Source: Octopus vulgaris
Taxonomy: Eukaryota
Assembly (NCBI GenBank): GCA_951406725.2
Contig: OX597821.1
Coordinates: forward strand, 6,014,001 to 6,078,000
Direction of reading: 5' to 3'
Length of the DNA: 64,000 nucleotides
Part shown: positions 1 through 13,855 of the stretch, piece after piece
Layout: each line of letters starts with the position of its first letter
Position numbering within the stretch: position 1 is the stretch's first letter
Translations under genes and position numbers: made by a program
Notes under the pieces: generated by a model
What the model saw: only the letters and a program-made list of their open reading frames with translations
Told to the model about the DNA's origin: nothing
Databases searched by the model: none

Positions 1-212
1 GTTTTTTTTGGGGGGGGAGGATGAAATGATTTTTCTTTTCTTATTCAAAAGCATAAAGCAACCCCAGCCAATGAAGGAATGACATTTTCACCACTTTCTT
101 CAACCAGCAACAAGTGTGGATTACCAACATTCATACACATTCATGCATAGAAATGCACATTTATATGTCACAGTGTGACACCTTGGGCAAGCATCTTAAA
201 CTATAACCTCAG

Positions 213-555
213 GCCAAGCTGTATCGGCCTTTGCCCTTCCTTTGGATAACATTGCTGATGTGGAGAGGGGAAGCTGGTATGCATGAGCGACTGCTGGTCT
301 TCCATAGATAACCTTGAAGAATCTTGCCCAGATTGTACCTTGGAGGGGAACTTTCTAGGTGCAATCCCATGGTCATTCATGACCAAAGGGGGTCTTTACC
401 CTTTACCCTATGTATATATAATGGTGTGAAGAAGGGAGGCTGGTATGTATGGGTGACTGCTGGATTCCCACAAACAACTTTGCCCAGACTCGTACCTTAG
501 AAGGGAACTTCCTAGGTGCAATCGCATGGTCATTCATGACTGAAAGGGGCTCTTA
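213..555 (+). mobile_element. Two tandem 3' fragments of a tRNA-derived SINE (family C; 3' end CTAGGTGCAATCCCATGGTCATTCATGACC...CTTTACCC)
   Basis: The same segment recurs at about 9976-10067 (+), 15048-15365 (-) and 45715-46058 (-); head pieces at about 7780-7930 and 14135-14302 (-). Confidence 0.75.
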
Positions 556-648
556 TCTGGGCCAGATATGGCCAGTTTAAATGCTGAAAGGTCGACTGGA
601 TGTGGAAAATAACAGAACAAACATATTGAAGAAAACGGTGTATCTTAC

Positions 649-762
649 CTAAATTTACCCAGAAACCTCCAGGTTTTAAGATTCTCCATATTGTCTCCAC
701 ATATGATATGATATTGTGAGCAGTATCAATGAAAAATACTGTAGCAACACAGTCCCAGGAAT
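649..762 (-). CDS. CARNMT1: CARNMT1 coding exon (114 nt, phase 1 to 1); the remaining 3' exons lie outside the window
   Basis: Acceptor tttctctccag|AT TCC TGG, donor TTA G|gtaaga. Translates (N)[37 protein letters not shown](G), the characteristic [13 protein letters not shown]...LKPGG.W.NLG segment. Confidence 0.97.
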
Positions 763-1195
763 CTGGAGAGAAAGAACAAAAGAGAAGAGGTCATTATATT
801 GAAGGCAAATATCAGAATCGGGTGTGCATGTGTGTAAATTTCATCTATATAATGTGTGTGTTTACATGAGTTGTGTGTGTAGGCGTCATCATTATCGTCA
901 TCATTATCGTTGATGTCCAGGCTTGCATGAGTCACAAGAAATTTGATGGCCAAGATGCTCTTGCTGTCGTTAACCCTCGTCTGTTTCCACGCAAGGTAAT
1001 ATTTCCCGGGAACATTCGTCATAGAAGACTTGGAATGAACAACACACTCATTTACAACCGTCTTGTAATATGTCAAGACAAGGGTTTACACAAACATACA
1101 CACACACACAACACACATAGGCATACATATATATATATACATCATCATTATGACCACCACCACCACCACCACCACCATCATCATCATCAGTTTAA

Positions 1196-1720
1196 CCCTT
1201 TTGATACCAACCCGCCTGAAACCGCCTCTGGCTCTGTAATACAAATGTCTTATTTTCAAAACTTCTGCATTAAAGGCGCAGGAGTGGCTGTGTGGTAAGT
1301 AGCTTGCTAACCAACCACATGGTTCCGGGTTCAGTCCCACTGTGTGGCACCTTGGGCAAGTGTCTTCTGCTATAGCCCCGGGCCGACCAATGCCTTGTGA
1401 GTGGATTTGGTAGACGGAAATTGAAAGAAGCCTGTCGTATATATGTATATATATATAAGTGTGTGTGTAAGAATAAGTCCTGGGGTCGATTTGCTCGACT
1501 AAAGGCGGTGCTCCAGCATGGCCGCAGTCAAATGACTGAAACAAGTAAAAGAGTAAAAGAGTAAAAAAGAGATTAAAATCTTCCACCAAACCTTAGTCAC
1601 AATTTATGTTCCTAACACTAGCTTAATGGTAACTAAGTTATTTTATTAAATTCTTTGTTATATTTAAAATTAATTAAAAGATACACAGAGCATCTCAAAA
1701 TAAATATGGTAACAAAAGGG
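1196..1720. mobile_element. piggyBac-type MITE (TTAA|CCCTTTT...AAAAGGG|TTAA) interrupted by a SINE
   Basis: TTAA at 1192-1195 and 1721-1724, TIR CCCTTTTG.TACC. Body matches the intact ~220 bp copies at 25022-25242 and 63113-63334. Confidence 0.85.
1275..1571 (+). mobile_element. tRNA-derived SINE family A (dominant, CORE-like), internally deleted copy
   Basis: Head GGCGCAGGAGTGGCTGTGTGGTAAG (A box) and GGTTCAGTCCC (B box), CCTTGGGCAAGT core, (AAAAGAGT)n tail, ATTAAA duplication at 1269-1274 and 1572-1577. Confidence 0.9.
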
Positions 1721-2234
1721 TTAATGTCCACTCATTATCATCAACACCATCACCCTCGTTATCATCATTACCACCACGTCCACTACCACTGTCGCTGCCA
1801 CTAGTATCACCATTATTATCATCATCATCAGGACCCCCCCCCCCCACTACCATCATCATCATCGTCGTCATCCTCATAACCATCACCACATCACATCACC
1901 ATCATAACCAGTGCTACATCGTTATCATCATTATGCCACCAACACTTCTGATGTGATTATTACTCCTAATACCATTACTCCTACAAGCACCTGCATCATT
2001 CACTTGCAAAACTTGGGACAGATTCCAGGTTACAGTAGAAGACAATTTTGCCAAAGGTACCTTGCAGTGGGATTGAACCTGGAAACAATTACAAAGCAAA
2101 CTTCTTAACCACACAAAAACATCAATATATACAGGGTGCAGCAGAAGTAATGCCCTTTTTACATTTGGTAATTTTTATAGTATATGGACACTAAACTCTG
2201 CTTGAACACTAAACTCTACTTGCGAAGAGCTGTT

Positions 2235-2726
2235 GTGGCAAGTGAAATCAAAATTGAAATCAAATTCGATGACTGGCATCCATGCTAGTGGAGCGCTAAG
2301 AGGACCATACAAGCGTGTTCGTTGCCAGAGCAACAAACTGGCCTCCGTGTCGGTGGCACATAAAAGGCACCATTCAAGCGTGATCGTTACCTGCGTCGCC
2401 TTACTGGCATTTGTGCTGGTGACACGTGAAAAAACATTTGAGCGAGGTCGTTGCCAGTGCCACTGGACTGGCTCTTGTGCAGGTGGCACATAAAAAGCAC
2501 CATTTGAGCATGGCCATTGCCAGTACTGCCTGACTGGCCCTAGTGGCACGTAAAAGCACCCACTACACTCTCGGAGTGGTTGGCGTTAGGAAGGGCATCC
2601 AGCGGTAGAAACTCTGCCAAATCAGATTGGAGTCTGGTGCAGACATCTGGTTCGCCAGACCTCAGTCAAATCATCCAACCCATGCCTGCATGGAAAGCGG
2701 ACGTTAAACAATGATGATGATGATGA
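2235..2726 (+). mobile_element. RTE-LINE 3'-UTR-derived retroposon with internal ~60 bp repeats and (GAT)n tail
   Basis: GGCACGTAAAAGCACCC...GGTTGGCGTTAGGAAGGGCATCCAGC...CCAACCCATGC...GGACGTTAAAC(GAT)n. The same tail follows an RTE ORF end at 30071-30552. Confidence 0.75.
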
Positions 2727-3145
2727 ACATTTATTAAGTAATTTTTTATTGGATGCAAATTTATTGAATTTACTTAAATAAACAAATAATAAACTAATGA
2801 AAAAAAATTGGCAGAAATTTTAGGAAATAATAATAAAACTCAATTAGAAACTAGGAAACCGTTTTCATTTGGTTTCCTTGGATGTCACCACTGTCCTGAT
2901 CCTGAATTTTATTTTACAATGTATGGGAGCAACTGTCTTTGAAGACTCATACAGTCATTGAAAGCTTGAAATGAGGAGTAGATAGACAGCTGACAACTGA
3001 TGAAGGGTCTTTCCTCTCTCTTTTCTCTCTCTTTTCCATTTTCTTCTCTCGTTGTTTACGTATTTAACTCGTTTGTTTAAATATTTTATGTTGTTTGCAC
3101 AGTTGGTGACATCCTGTACCCATATATGCATATATATATATTATT

Positions 3146-3384
3146 TATTCTGTTGTGTCTGGGGAGAATCATTTTCTTTTTGTGCCTTATAATGTAATAC
3201 ACTCACCGGAAAAATTTCCACTTATTCCTTATTTTTATTTTCCTAAAATTTTCGTTGTGTCTTGCAACCTTTTCAATAGTCTTGAATAAGGAATAAAAAT
3301 AAGGAATAAGTGAAAATTTTACCAGTGAGTGTGTTAAATTATAAGGCACTAAAAGAGAATGACTCTCCCCAGACACAACGAATA
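3146..3384. repeat. Fold-back inverted repeat (~93 bp arms, ~50 nt spacer), probably Penelope-like terminal repeat
   Basis: 3146-3239 is the reverse complement of 3292-3384 with several mismatches. The spacer reads CTATTGA-AAAG-GTTGC-aagac-ACAAC-GAAA on the minus strand, a degenerate hammerhead-like core. Confidence 0.8.
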
Positions 3385-3528
3385 TGTTTCAACACACGAA
3401 CTCATATAAAGAATCTTGCAAACCAAATCCAAAAACGAAATGTTATTTATTATTATTAGAAAACTCAAGTGCAAAAGGTGGTTACTTCTGCCGTACCCTG
3501 TATTTCAGAGAAAGTAGTCTTGCATACC

Positions 3529-3730
3529 CTTTTACTCGTTTCAGTCACTTGACTACAGCTATGCTGGAGAACAGCCTTTTAGTCAAAGAAATCGACCCCA
3601 GGACTTATTCTTTGTACACTTGGTACTTATTCCATCGGTCTCTTTTGCTAAACTACTAAGTTATGGGGACATAAACACACCAACATCAGTTGTCAAGCAA
3701 CTGTGTGAAGGGACAAACACAGACACATAC

Positions 3731-3785
<55 letters not shown>

Positions 3786-3948
3786 ACGGGCTTTTTTTCA
3801 GTTTCCGTCTACCAAATCCACTCAAAAGGTTTTGGTGGCCCGAGGCTACAGTGGAAGACACTTGCCCAAGGTGCTATGCAGTAGGACTGAACCCGGAACC
3901 ATCTGGTTGGGATGCAAGCGCAAGCTTCTTACCACACCGCCACTCCTG
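3529..3948 (-). mobile_element. SINE family A copy with internal (TA)n
   Basis: Reverse complement of the family A consensus from tail to head. Confidence 0.88.
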
Positions 3949-4945
3949 CTTAAAGGTGTCTTTGTTAAGATATCACTCTAGAATAAGTAAAAGTGGGAGC
4001 TTGTAAATGATTGCTTGGCCTGATAGAAATAGCAGTTGAAACTCTCTCAAATCATACATTATCATTTAAAAAGAGAGAGGGAGAGTGAGAGGAAAGGTAC
4101 ACTGGATATTATGGTCCTAGATAGACAATGACTGAAAAATAGAATAACAAAAAACATAATAAAAAGGGGATGGTCATGGCTAGAATTCCCTTTGATCATA
4201 AGTGTACTTGATCAGAGCTGAGCTGGAGATATATAAACACCAGCAGCAGCAAGAACAATGATGATAATGGCGGCATTTATCCAAATTCTAAAACAATTTC
4301 CCAAAGACATTCGTTGCTACTCAACAGACATGCATGGCAGCAACGACAATGAAGCTGTGACATGTCACATTTTAACCAGGAAGCTTTTAAAATGGAATGG
4401 ATAAATGCTATCCCTAGGGTGAAACAAAATTTCATGACGTAGCAGCTACCTTCTATGCAATGTACAAGAGAACAATGCAATTTGTATCTACGCACGAAAT
4501 ATTACTTGAAAGACACAATTTTGAAAGCTACTAATGACTTCAGTTCATTTTCTGTATGGTTCTTTGAAATATGGCTTGGACACAAGGGGTGTGAGATATA
4601 CACACATCATTAATGGCATGTCCAGCATTTTTATATACACTGGAAGTTTGGGATTTCAGATTCGTGAAGTATTGATCCATTCTGTTCTCATTACGAGCAG
4701 TACAGTCTTACCCATAATACCCAATATATATTTCACTGTTCTAGTTGGAATATAAATACAATATGAATACAGTGTGTGAGTGTGCATGCATGCATGTGCA
4801 TGCATCTGTAAGCATTCGACTTTTTCTCTCCAAAAGGATAGATTTTTGAACCCAATAGTTACATACTGTTATTTTTGGCTTCACAAACCAATATTCCAAA
4901 AAAGAATTATATGTACAAACACACACACACACAAAAATACACACA

Positions 4946-5745
4946 CGAGGGTGGGCTGAAAAGTCCATAGGCTAATTATGAAGTGAAGTTAAAGCTGTGA
5001 AATCTTGCAGGTATTCATATCAACTTTTCTTATTAATAAGAGAATTGTTTCTTTCCAGATAAACTGATGTCTGACTGTTCAAAGAAGATTTCAAAAATAA
5101 TTAGTGGCCAATTTTCTTGAAAATGGACAAAATTTGGCATCATGGTGTTATCAAGTACCTGCCAAAAATGAGTTTAGCCCCCAAAGACATTCATGTTGAT
5201 ATGGTTGCTACATTAGGGGACAATGCTCCAGCTTCATCAACAGTGCAAAAGTGGGCTGCTGAATTCAGGAGGGAACAGAGAGTCTTGAAGATGATCCAAG
5301 ACCTGGACATCCTGCAACTGCTACCACCGTGGAAAAACATTGATCGTGATGGTGATGGATGTCAGGTGACTGACTATAAATCAAAAAGCCTATGCTATTA
5401 GCATCTCCCATGAGAGAGTTCAGAATATTCCGCACAATGAACTTGGAAGGACAACGGTTTCAGTCCAGTGAGGGCTTAGATCTTCTGACAATCAATCAAA
5501 AGCAGACCAGCAGATCACATCACAGCAAAATCTGACATTGGGGCAATACCCAGTTGGTTTCCTTGAGCATTTCCTAAGCCAGGATGAGTGTTGAGTTCAT
5601 CACTTTGAGCCAGAGACAAAGAGGCAATCCATACAGTGGAAACACACCTCCTTTCCAAAGAAGGCCAAGGTCGTTTCATCTGCAAGGAAGTCTTGGGGAT
5701 CAAAAGGCATTTGTGTTTATTGACAATCTTCAAAAGTGCCACACT
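4946..5745 (+). mobile_element. Degenerate mariner transposon, 5' portion
   Basis: TIR-like CGAGGGTGGGCTGAAAAGT. ORF 5117-5401 gives GVIKYL...KDIHVDMVATLGDNAPASSTVQKWAAEFRR (mariner HTH); frameshifted DE.W-region remnants follow. Confidence 0.8.
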
Positions 5746-7249
5746 CCTAATAGTATGGAACATGAACATTAAATAATGGTGGTGGTGGCAGTGGAAAACA
5801 AAATAAACAAAAAAATAATATAAATTAATTTCAAAGAGTTATATGTTTGAGCTGAGACTGTGTTGAAATTTAAGACTATTTCTTCATAGAAAAGACATTT
5901 TGGTCAAATAACCCTTTAAGCATTCAGGCAATGACAAGTGACCGAAACCTTTGGTGATATGCCATGCTTGAGAAGATCCCTCAAGCCAAGTGAGATCGCA
6001 GTCACGGCCGATGCCAGCATTTCATGCAGGTGGCAATTAAAAAGCACCCACTGCATTCTTAGAGTGGTTGGCATGAGGAAGGGAACCAGCTGTAGAAACC
6101 ATGCCAAATCAGATTGGAGCCTGGTACCCCAGTTTAGCAGTTTTCAGTCAAACCGTCCAACCCATGCCAGCATGGAAAGTGGATGTTATATGATAATGAT
6201 GATGTAATGCTTATTCATTCACGTTTTGAATAGATCATGCATTATCTCACAGCTTCAAAATTTTTAGGGCCAGTGTGAGAGGCAGGATCTGACCAGTTTC
6301 AACATAAAACACAGTATTTTGGCCAGATCTGACTAGTTTGAATGCTAAAGTGTTAAGGCCACACAAAAACCCGTTATATTCACTTTTCATTAATTTCTTA
6401 TTAATATTCTCTCTGTTATGAAGGAAGCGTCAAAAAAAACTTTTGTTGCATTTCAACATCTCGTTCACTGCCACAGTTCCCCCTGGTATTAATTAAAACT
6501 TCTAGTAGAAATTAATCAGTAATAAACACTAATTAAGACATTCGATAAGAAATGCTAATAGGACCTTGACACTGGGTGGGGTGGGAAGGCAGCAGGGCTT
6601 CTCAAGAGAGAAAGAGAGTGGGGTGGAGAAATGCCTGCTTAATGAGATAAAAATGTTGAAAGTTTTTTTTAAAACCTAGAGATTTTGTCTCAGACACACA
6701 AAAGGGGAGAGTGGGGGATGACAGCCAAGACATTTTATGCTGCCGTTGTTGTTGCTACTGTGGAGGTTGTTGTTTTAGTGGTGATGGTTGTTGTAGTGGT
6801 ACTGGTTGAAGCTGCTATACTGGTGACAGTGATTATTTTTTTTCACAAGTATATCAAAATGCTACTGTCCTTTGGGAGAGGTGATAATGATGGTGGTGGT
6901 GGTGGTGGTGGTGGTAACACTGGGAATGGTGATGGTGATATGATCATGGTGGAGGTGGCGGTGCTGACGGTGCTGACAGAAGGTGGGTTGTTGGCGGTGC
7001 TGACGGAAGGTGGTGCTGAAGAGGAGTTCAGTAAATCGTGTGGATGTGTGGGTGTGCATGCATGTTTATGTGGGGTAGGCAGGTGTGCATCAAAATGTGT
7101 GCATGTGTGTGTGTGTGTGTGTGTGTGTGTGGAGTGAAACATACACAGGTGTTAGGAGGTGTTCAAGAGGTAAGTCTAGTGGGATAAACAGGTGTGTTGG
7201 CAACAAAGAGGAAAGAGAAATTACACAGGATTTTATGGTGTGAAGGTCA

Positions 7250-7780
7250 TCAAAAAGTAGCAAGTAATAGAAAGAGACAAAGAAAGACTGAAGAACAGAC
7301 TAAGAGAGAGAGAGAGAGAGAGAGAGGGTAAGATTGAGAGAGAGAGAGGGAAAGACTAAGAGGGGAGAGAGAAAGACTAAGAGAGGGAGAAGGAAAGACT
7401 AAGAAAGAGACTAGGAAAAAGGGAGAGATGAAGAGAGAGAGAGAGACTAAGAAAGACTGAAGAACAGACAAGAAAAGAGAAGGTAAGATTGAGAGGGAGG
7501 ATAAGACTAAGAGAGGGAGAAGGAAAGATTAAGAGAGGGAGTGGGAAAGACTAAGAAAGAAAGAGACTAAGAGACAGGGAGAGGGAAAGACTAAGAGAGA
7601 GTGGGAAGATTAAGAGAAAGAGGGAGGGAAAGACTAAGACAGAGAGAGAATAAGAAACAGAAATGGAGAAAGAGAGAAAGACAAAGAGAAAGACTGAGAG
7701 AGAGAAAAAGAGAGAGGTTGAGAAAAAAATGAAGAGGCTAAGAAAGAGAGAGAGACAGAGAGAGAGATTGGGAAAAGAGA
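7250..7780 (+). repeat. Purine-rich (GA)n / GAAAGACTAAGAGAG low-complexity minisatellite
   Basis: Direct inspection. Confidence 0.85.
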
Positions 7781-8406
7781 GACATCGCAACTCATTTCTA
7801 CGGCTGAGTGAACTGGAGCAATGTGAAATAAAGTGTCTTGCTCAAGAACACAACACTTTAGCCTGGTCTGGGAATTGAACTCACCACCTCATGACCGTGA
7901 TCTTGACGCTCTAACCACTGAGCCATTATCCCCATTGTTTTGAATTAATGATGCATTAGCTCACAGCTTTGAGATTTCGATGACGTGATTGTATATTTGT
8001 TAACGGACATTGTAGGGTAGGTGTGAGAAGCTGGACCTGGCCAGTTTGGGCTGAATATACCTGGTTTAGCGCTTCGGCATTCAGATTATTTTATCAAATG
8101 TTTGAATTGATCTTGCATTATCCTGCAGCTTTGCGATTGCAATGATGTGATTGTATTTATGTAGAATGACATTGTCGGGTAGGTGTAAAGAGCCAGATCT
8201 GATCAGATTGACCATAAAACAGATAGAATATTTGGGCCAAATATGGTCGGATTAAATGCTAAATGGGTTTAAGGTTATATCCAAACAGATTGGTCCCTGT
8301 ATTTATTTACTTAAGTTTGGTATTTATTCTATCTGTGTCTTTTGCTAAACTGCTAAGTTATAGGGATATAAACAAACCATCACCAGTTTTCAAGTGGTGG
8401 CTGGGA

Positions 8407-8442
<36 letters not shown>

Positions 8443-8654
8443 GACACACACATGTAATGGGTTTCCACATAGTTTTAGTCTACTAAATTCATACACAAGG
8501 CAATGGCTGGCTGGGGGCTGTGGTAGGAGACACTTGCCCAAGGTACTGTGCAGTGGTATTGAATCTGGAATGACAGTTATAAAGCAATCTTCTTAACTGC
8601 TGTGCAGTGGGACTGAACCAGAAAGAATGTGGTTGCAAAACAAGGTGTTAAAAC

Positions 8655-9315
8655 AGTGTCCTTTGAGTTGCATTTTCACGTTACGGAAGAGATGGGAGTC
8701 TGGTAAATAGGCTGTGTGTGGAAGCAATGCCATATTGTTTTTGGCAAGGAACTCATGAGTGAGCAGAGCTTAGTGAAAAATCCAATTCTTCCAGCTCCAC
8801 AGATCCGGTCGCTTTCGCTGACTGCCCTTCCTCAAATGCTTCAAAATGTCACAGTAGAATTCTTGATTGACAGTCTGGCTCTTGGAGATGAATTCTTGAT
8901 GCCTAATACCACATTTCTGGGTGTGGCACCTGTGGTAGGTCTTCCAGATCGCTCATTGTCTTCCAGGGATTTCCTTCTGCTCTTGAAGTACCCGTGCAAC
9001 TTAAAACATTGTGTGCAACCCATTGCTTTGTCGCCATTAGCTTGCCAAAGCATGTTCAATGTCTCTGTAGCTGACTTCCCAAGTTTAACTCAGAATTTCA
9101 TGTTGGCTCTTTATTCGTGTCATTGAGAAAATCGCAGACTACAGCCAAACATTTGATCACAAAAGCACAAATTTCACAACTTGCAAAATAAACACAGTGA
9201 TGTCACTTGGCACAGAGCCTCATGAAGGTTACTGCTCGCTCTCACAGTGCACGCAACCATATGCTGCCATCTGTTGGCACGCTACAGAACTAGTCAGGGA
9301 ACTTTTTGATACCCC
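8655..9315 (-). mobile_element. Internally deleted mariner remnant
   Basis: Minus-strand ORF 8841-9059 gives QCFKLHGYFKSRRKSLEDNERSGRPTT (mariner LEDDERSGRP linker). TIR-like GGGGTATCAAAAAGTTCCCTGACT at about 9291-9314. Confidence 0.8.
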
Positions 9316-9639
9316 TTTTTTTCTTTCATTCTTCAGGGGTGGAGAAATAAAGTACCAGTCAAGTAGTGAGGTGGCAGGGTATTGTTCTTTTCTCAATCTC
9401 TCTCTCTCTCTCTATCACATCTTCTCTGAGGGACTGGGTTGGTTCTTATTTCTAAATACTCTGTAAACTACTACAACATAGAATGCATCATCTTGTATCT
9501 AGATTCACCAACTGGCAACAGTTCTTCCGGCGCCATGATGTAAATGATGGTAATTAGACAAAAAAGGTATTTTTTGTCAAAAGATTCCATCTTAATCTGA
9601 ATTCAACAATTAGTCAAAACGACTAAACCTTGTTAGCAC

Positions 9640-9645
9640 TCTCTC

Positions 9646-9706
<61 letters not shown>

Positions 9707-9965
9707 TGCTCTCTTTTTCTTGCTTTCTCCTACTCACTTTCTCTTACTCTTATTTTCTCTCTCACTTAATTTCTTTTTATCTCACTCTCTCTCTCTATTT
9801 CTTGCTGTCCCTTGCTTTTTCTCTCTCACTCTCCTGCTTTCTTTTACTCTCGCTCTCTCATTCTCTCTCTCTCACTCATTTTCTCTCTCTTAGTTTCTCT
9901 CTTTATCTCTCATGTTTTATTTCTCAGCCTCTCTTTCTCATTCTCTTCTATCCCACTATCTTTAC
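9640..9965 (+). repeat. (CT)n-rich polypyrimidine tract
   Basis: Direct inspection. Confidence 0.85.
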
Positions 9966-11139
9966 TTTCTCCTTCACATCGGTGGTGGCAGCGTGGAGAG
10001 AGGACGCTGGTATGCATAAGTGAGCAATCCCATGGTCTCTCATGACCGAAGGGGGTCCTTACCCTTTATGTTTGACAGAATAATCTGAATGCTAAGGGGC
10101 TAAAGCAATGCCCAGGCTCATCTACAGTCCTATGACCAAAACAAGTAAAATATGTAGGGAAAGTACAATAAGGGATCGAACAGGGATTGAACCCACTTGT
10201 AGAGTGTTCATCACCTCTCTCTGCTACATACATATTTTGTTGTTGTTCTTTTTCTCTTTCTCTACCAAATCCCATTCGAGTCAATGAGAAAGGTGTTACG
10301 TGATCACTGAACCAATTAGAAATAGCAACCAAATCTCATTTCAGATCACACCTTACAATCTTGGAGAGGAAGGACACAGAGTGCAGAGTGCCAAGAACAA
10401 ATTCCACAAGGCATCACATGTGAAGATCTAATGAGACTTTACCAATTCACCGCCTCCTGTATAATAATTAGCTTAGATTAAAACTTAACGAGAACTCACA
10501 GAAGAGCTATGATTAATTCAGCTACTAAACAAACATATAACAAAAAAAAAAAATTCAAAAAAGTTGAGCTGACAACAACAACAACAACACTAACAGCAAC
10601 AACAACAACAAGCAGAAACAATAAAAAAACCAAACAATTAGATGCAAATGATGCAAAAGAAAATGCACTTAAATTGCTGTTATTGATTCAGCTAATGCGT
10701 ACGTTCACCTGCAAACGCATGAACGTGCACACATGCAGAGCTGTTGTGCAACATTCCACACTTAAACAGTTTCGAGCTTGGCTTTTCTTACCATTTCGGA
10801 GCACCAGAAGGAAGAGAACACGGGGGAGGAAGTGGGTGGAGAAGAGGCGGGGTCGGTGGGGGTGGGGGGAGTAGGGTGTAAGAAGAGGAAGTTGCATGAG
10901 GAGTGCGAGCGAGGGGGGGGGGTGGGCGAAGCGTGATGAGGAGATGCAGTGGCGGATGGGGGTGGACGGGGTGGGTGGGGTTGTTACGTATGAAAGGAAT
11001 GTGGCAAGGGAGGGGAGTATCATTTCAATAAAGAAACTCTCTGGCTGGGAGGTCACTGGGGTTTTACAATTTCTACCAAATGACCGAGAAATAAGAGAGA
11101 GATTAGTGACTGCTGTGGTGGTTTAGATAAGACACTTGC

Positions 11140-11450
11140 ATACACACTATATGTATACATACATACACACACACATATATATACATACATACAGACATAC
11201 ATACATACATATAAATACATTTCATACATACATATAGACATACAGATATACATACATACTTCATACATACATGCATACATACATACATACATACATACAT
11301 ACATACGTACATACATGCACACACACACATACATACATCATAGCTACATACACAGACACACACATAGATACATATATATATATATATATGTTTGCATACA
11401 TACATGCTTCATACCTACATACATACACATATATAAACGTACTTCATACA

Positions 11451-11508
<58 letters not shown>

Positions 11509-11831
11509 CATACACACAAACATACATACATATTCCATACATATAAACATACACACACATACATACATATAAATACCATCACCACCACCACCATCACCAC
11601 AGCCACCGCAACCACTACTAACATCATCATCAACATCAGCATATATACACACATGCGCATATGTATATACACACATATATACACATAAACATGCACACAG
11701 ACATACATACACTCACCTACATTTATACATATACACAAATACATCCAGACATAAACACATGCATGCACGCATACATACATACATACATACATACATAAAC
11801 ACATACATACATATACACATACATACATACA

Positions 11832-11863
<32 letters not shown>

Positions 11864-12025
11864 CACATACATACATACATATATATATATATACATACAT
11901 ACATATATATATATACATACATACATATATATATATATATACATACATACATATATATATATACATACATACATACATACATATACACATACATATACAC
12001 ATACATACATACATATACACATACA

Positions 12026-12057
<32 letters not shown>

Positions 12058-12101
12058 CACATACATACATACATACATACATACATACATACATACATAC
12101 A

Positions 12102-12133
<32 letters not shown>

Positions 12134-12169
12134 CACATACATACATACATACATACATATACACATACA

Positions 12170-12201
<32 letters not shown>

Positions 12202-12289
12202 CACATACATACACACATACATACATACATACATACAAACATACATACATACATACATACATATACACATACATACATACACACATACA

Positions 12290-12321
<32 letters not shown>

Positions 12322-12386
12322 CATACATACATACATACACACACCATACATACATATACACACACACACATACATACATACATACA

Positions 12387-12418
<32 letters not shown>

Positions 12419-12550
12419 CACACACATACATACATACATACATACATACATACATGCATACATACATACATACATACATACATATACACACACACATACA
12501 CACATACATACATACACACATGCATACATACATACATACATACATATATA
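11140..12550 (+). repeat. Very long (CATA)n/(TA)n compound microsatellite
   Basis: Direct inspection; source of the 382-451 aa YVCM/HTYI pseudo-ORFs. Confidence 0.97.
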
Positions 12551-12584
12551 CAACAGCTAACATTGAATTACCATCTCCACAACT

Positions 12585-13855
12585 GTGTCATCACCCTCAC
12601 CATCATCATTATCACCACCACCACTGTCATCACCACCGCCACCACCACCATCACCACCGCCACCATTACCATCACTGTTACCACCACCACCACCACCACC
12701 ACCACTACTATCAGCAACGCAATTACCATCTCCACAACTGTATCATCACCACACTGCCACCACCACCACAACCATCATCATCATCACCACCACCATTACA
12801 ACCACCACCACCACCACCACCACCACCACCACCATCATCATCATCACCACCACCATTACAACTACCATCATCATCACCACACTGCCACCACCACCACAAC
12901 CATCATCATCGTCACCACCACCATTACAACTACCATCATCATCACCACCACCACCATAACCATCATCATCACCACCACCACCATCATCATCATAACCACT
13001 ACCACAACCACCACCACTATCACCACCAACACCAACATCATCATCACCACCACCATCACCAGCACCACCACAACTATCATCACCACCACCCACCACCATC
13101 ACCACCACCACTAACCACCATCATCACCACCACCACCACCACCACTAACCACCACCACTAACAACCACCATCACCACCACCACCACCACCACTAACCACC
13201 ATCATCACCACCACTACTACCACCATCACTACCACAATCATCATCTTCACTACTACCACCACGACCATGATGATGATGATCATCATCATCATCATCATCC
13301 CCATCTTCATCCGTATGCTATGCCACCCTATTATTATCTTCAGTGTCATTACCCTTGCCATCAGCTTTATCATGGCCATCCTCATTATCGCAATCCAAAC
13401 CACCATTCACCACCACCACCACCTTCATCATCATCATCATCATCATCATCATCGTAATCACCATCACAACTATAATTATCAGAATCGCAACCAAAATTAT
13501 TGCCACCAACACCACCACCACCACCACTACCACCATGCCGCTGCCACCACCACCACCACAACTACAACCATCACTATTATTATTACTTACATCATACAGC
13601 ATCATCATCACATTGATCATCACATTCACAAACCAACACGATCACTGCAGCCACCACCACCACCACCATCATCGTCGTCGTCATCACAATCAGCACACTT
13701 CTACTTTACTACCACCTCCACCGTCATTGCAGTTGCCACCACCACTGCAATCATTATTGCCATCACAACCACCACAATCATCATCACATTGACCATCACC
13801 ATCGTCATTATCACAACTGCCACCACCACCATCATCATCATTATTATTATCATCA
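12585..13855 (+). repeat. Long (CAC/CAT)n trinucleotide compound repeat
   Basis: Direct inspection; gives poly-His/Thr/Pro pseudo-ORFs. Confidence 0.95.

Noticed and set aside
726-1076. 116 aa minus-strand ORF overlapping the CARNMT1 exon
   Set aside because: Wrong frame for the exon; the rest is a SINE-type repeat and microsatellite.
1275-1350. tRNA gene
   Set aside because: A and B boxes are present but this is the head of a high-copy SINE with body and tail; there is no complete cloverleaf. The same applies to the other SINE heads.
2290-2560. HDV-like ribozyme in the repeated RTE 3'-UTR units
   Set aside because: A short P3-like hairpin is present, but I could not build the nested double pseudoknot (P1, P1.1, P2, catalytic C) by eye. 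Kept only as a generic structured-RNA candidate.
2990-3060. CTGATGA hammerhead core on the plus strand
   Set aside because: No stem II closure or GAAA-stem III downstream.
4277-4755. Short ORFs in non-repetitive sequence as a nested gene
   Set aside because: No recognisable domain, no convincing splice signals and no codon-like pattern.
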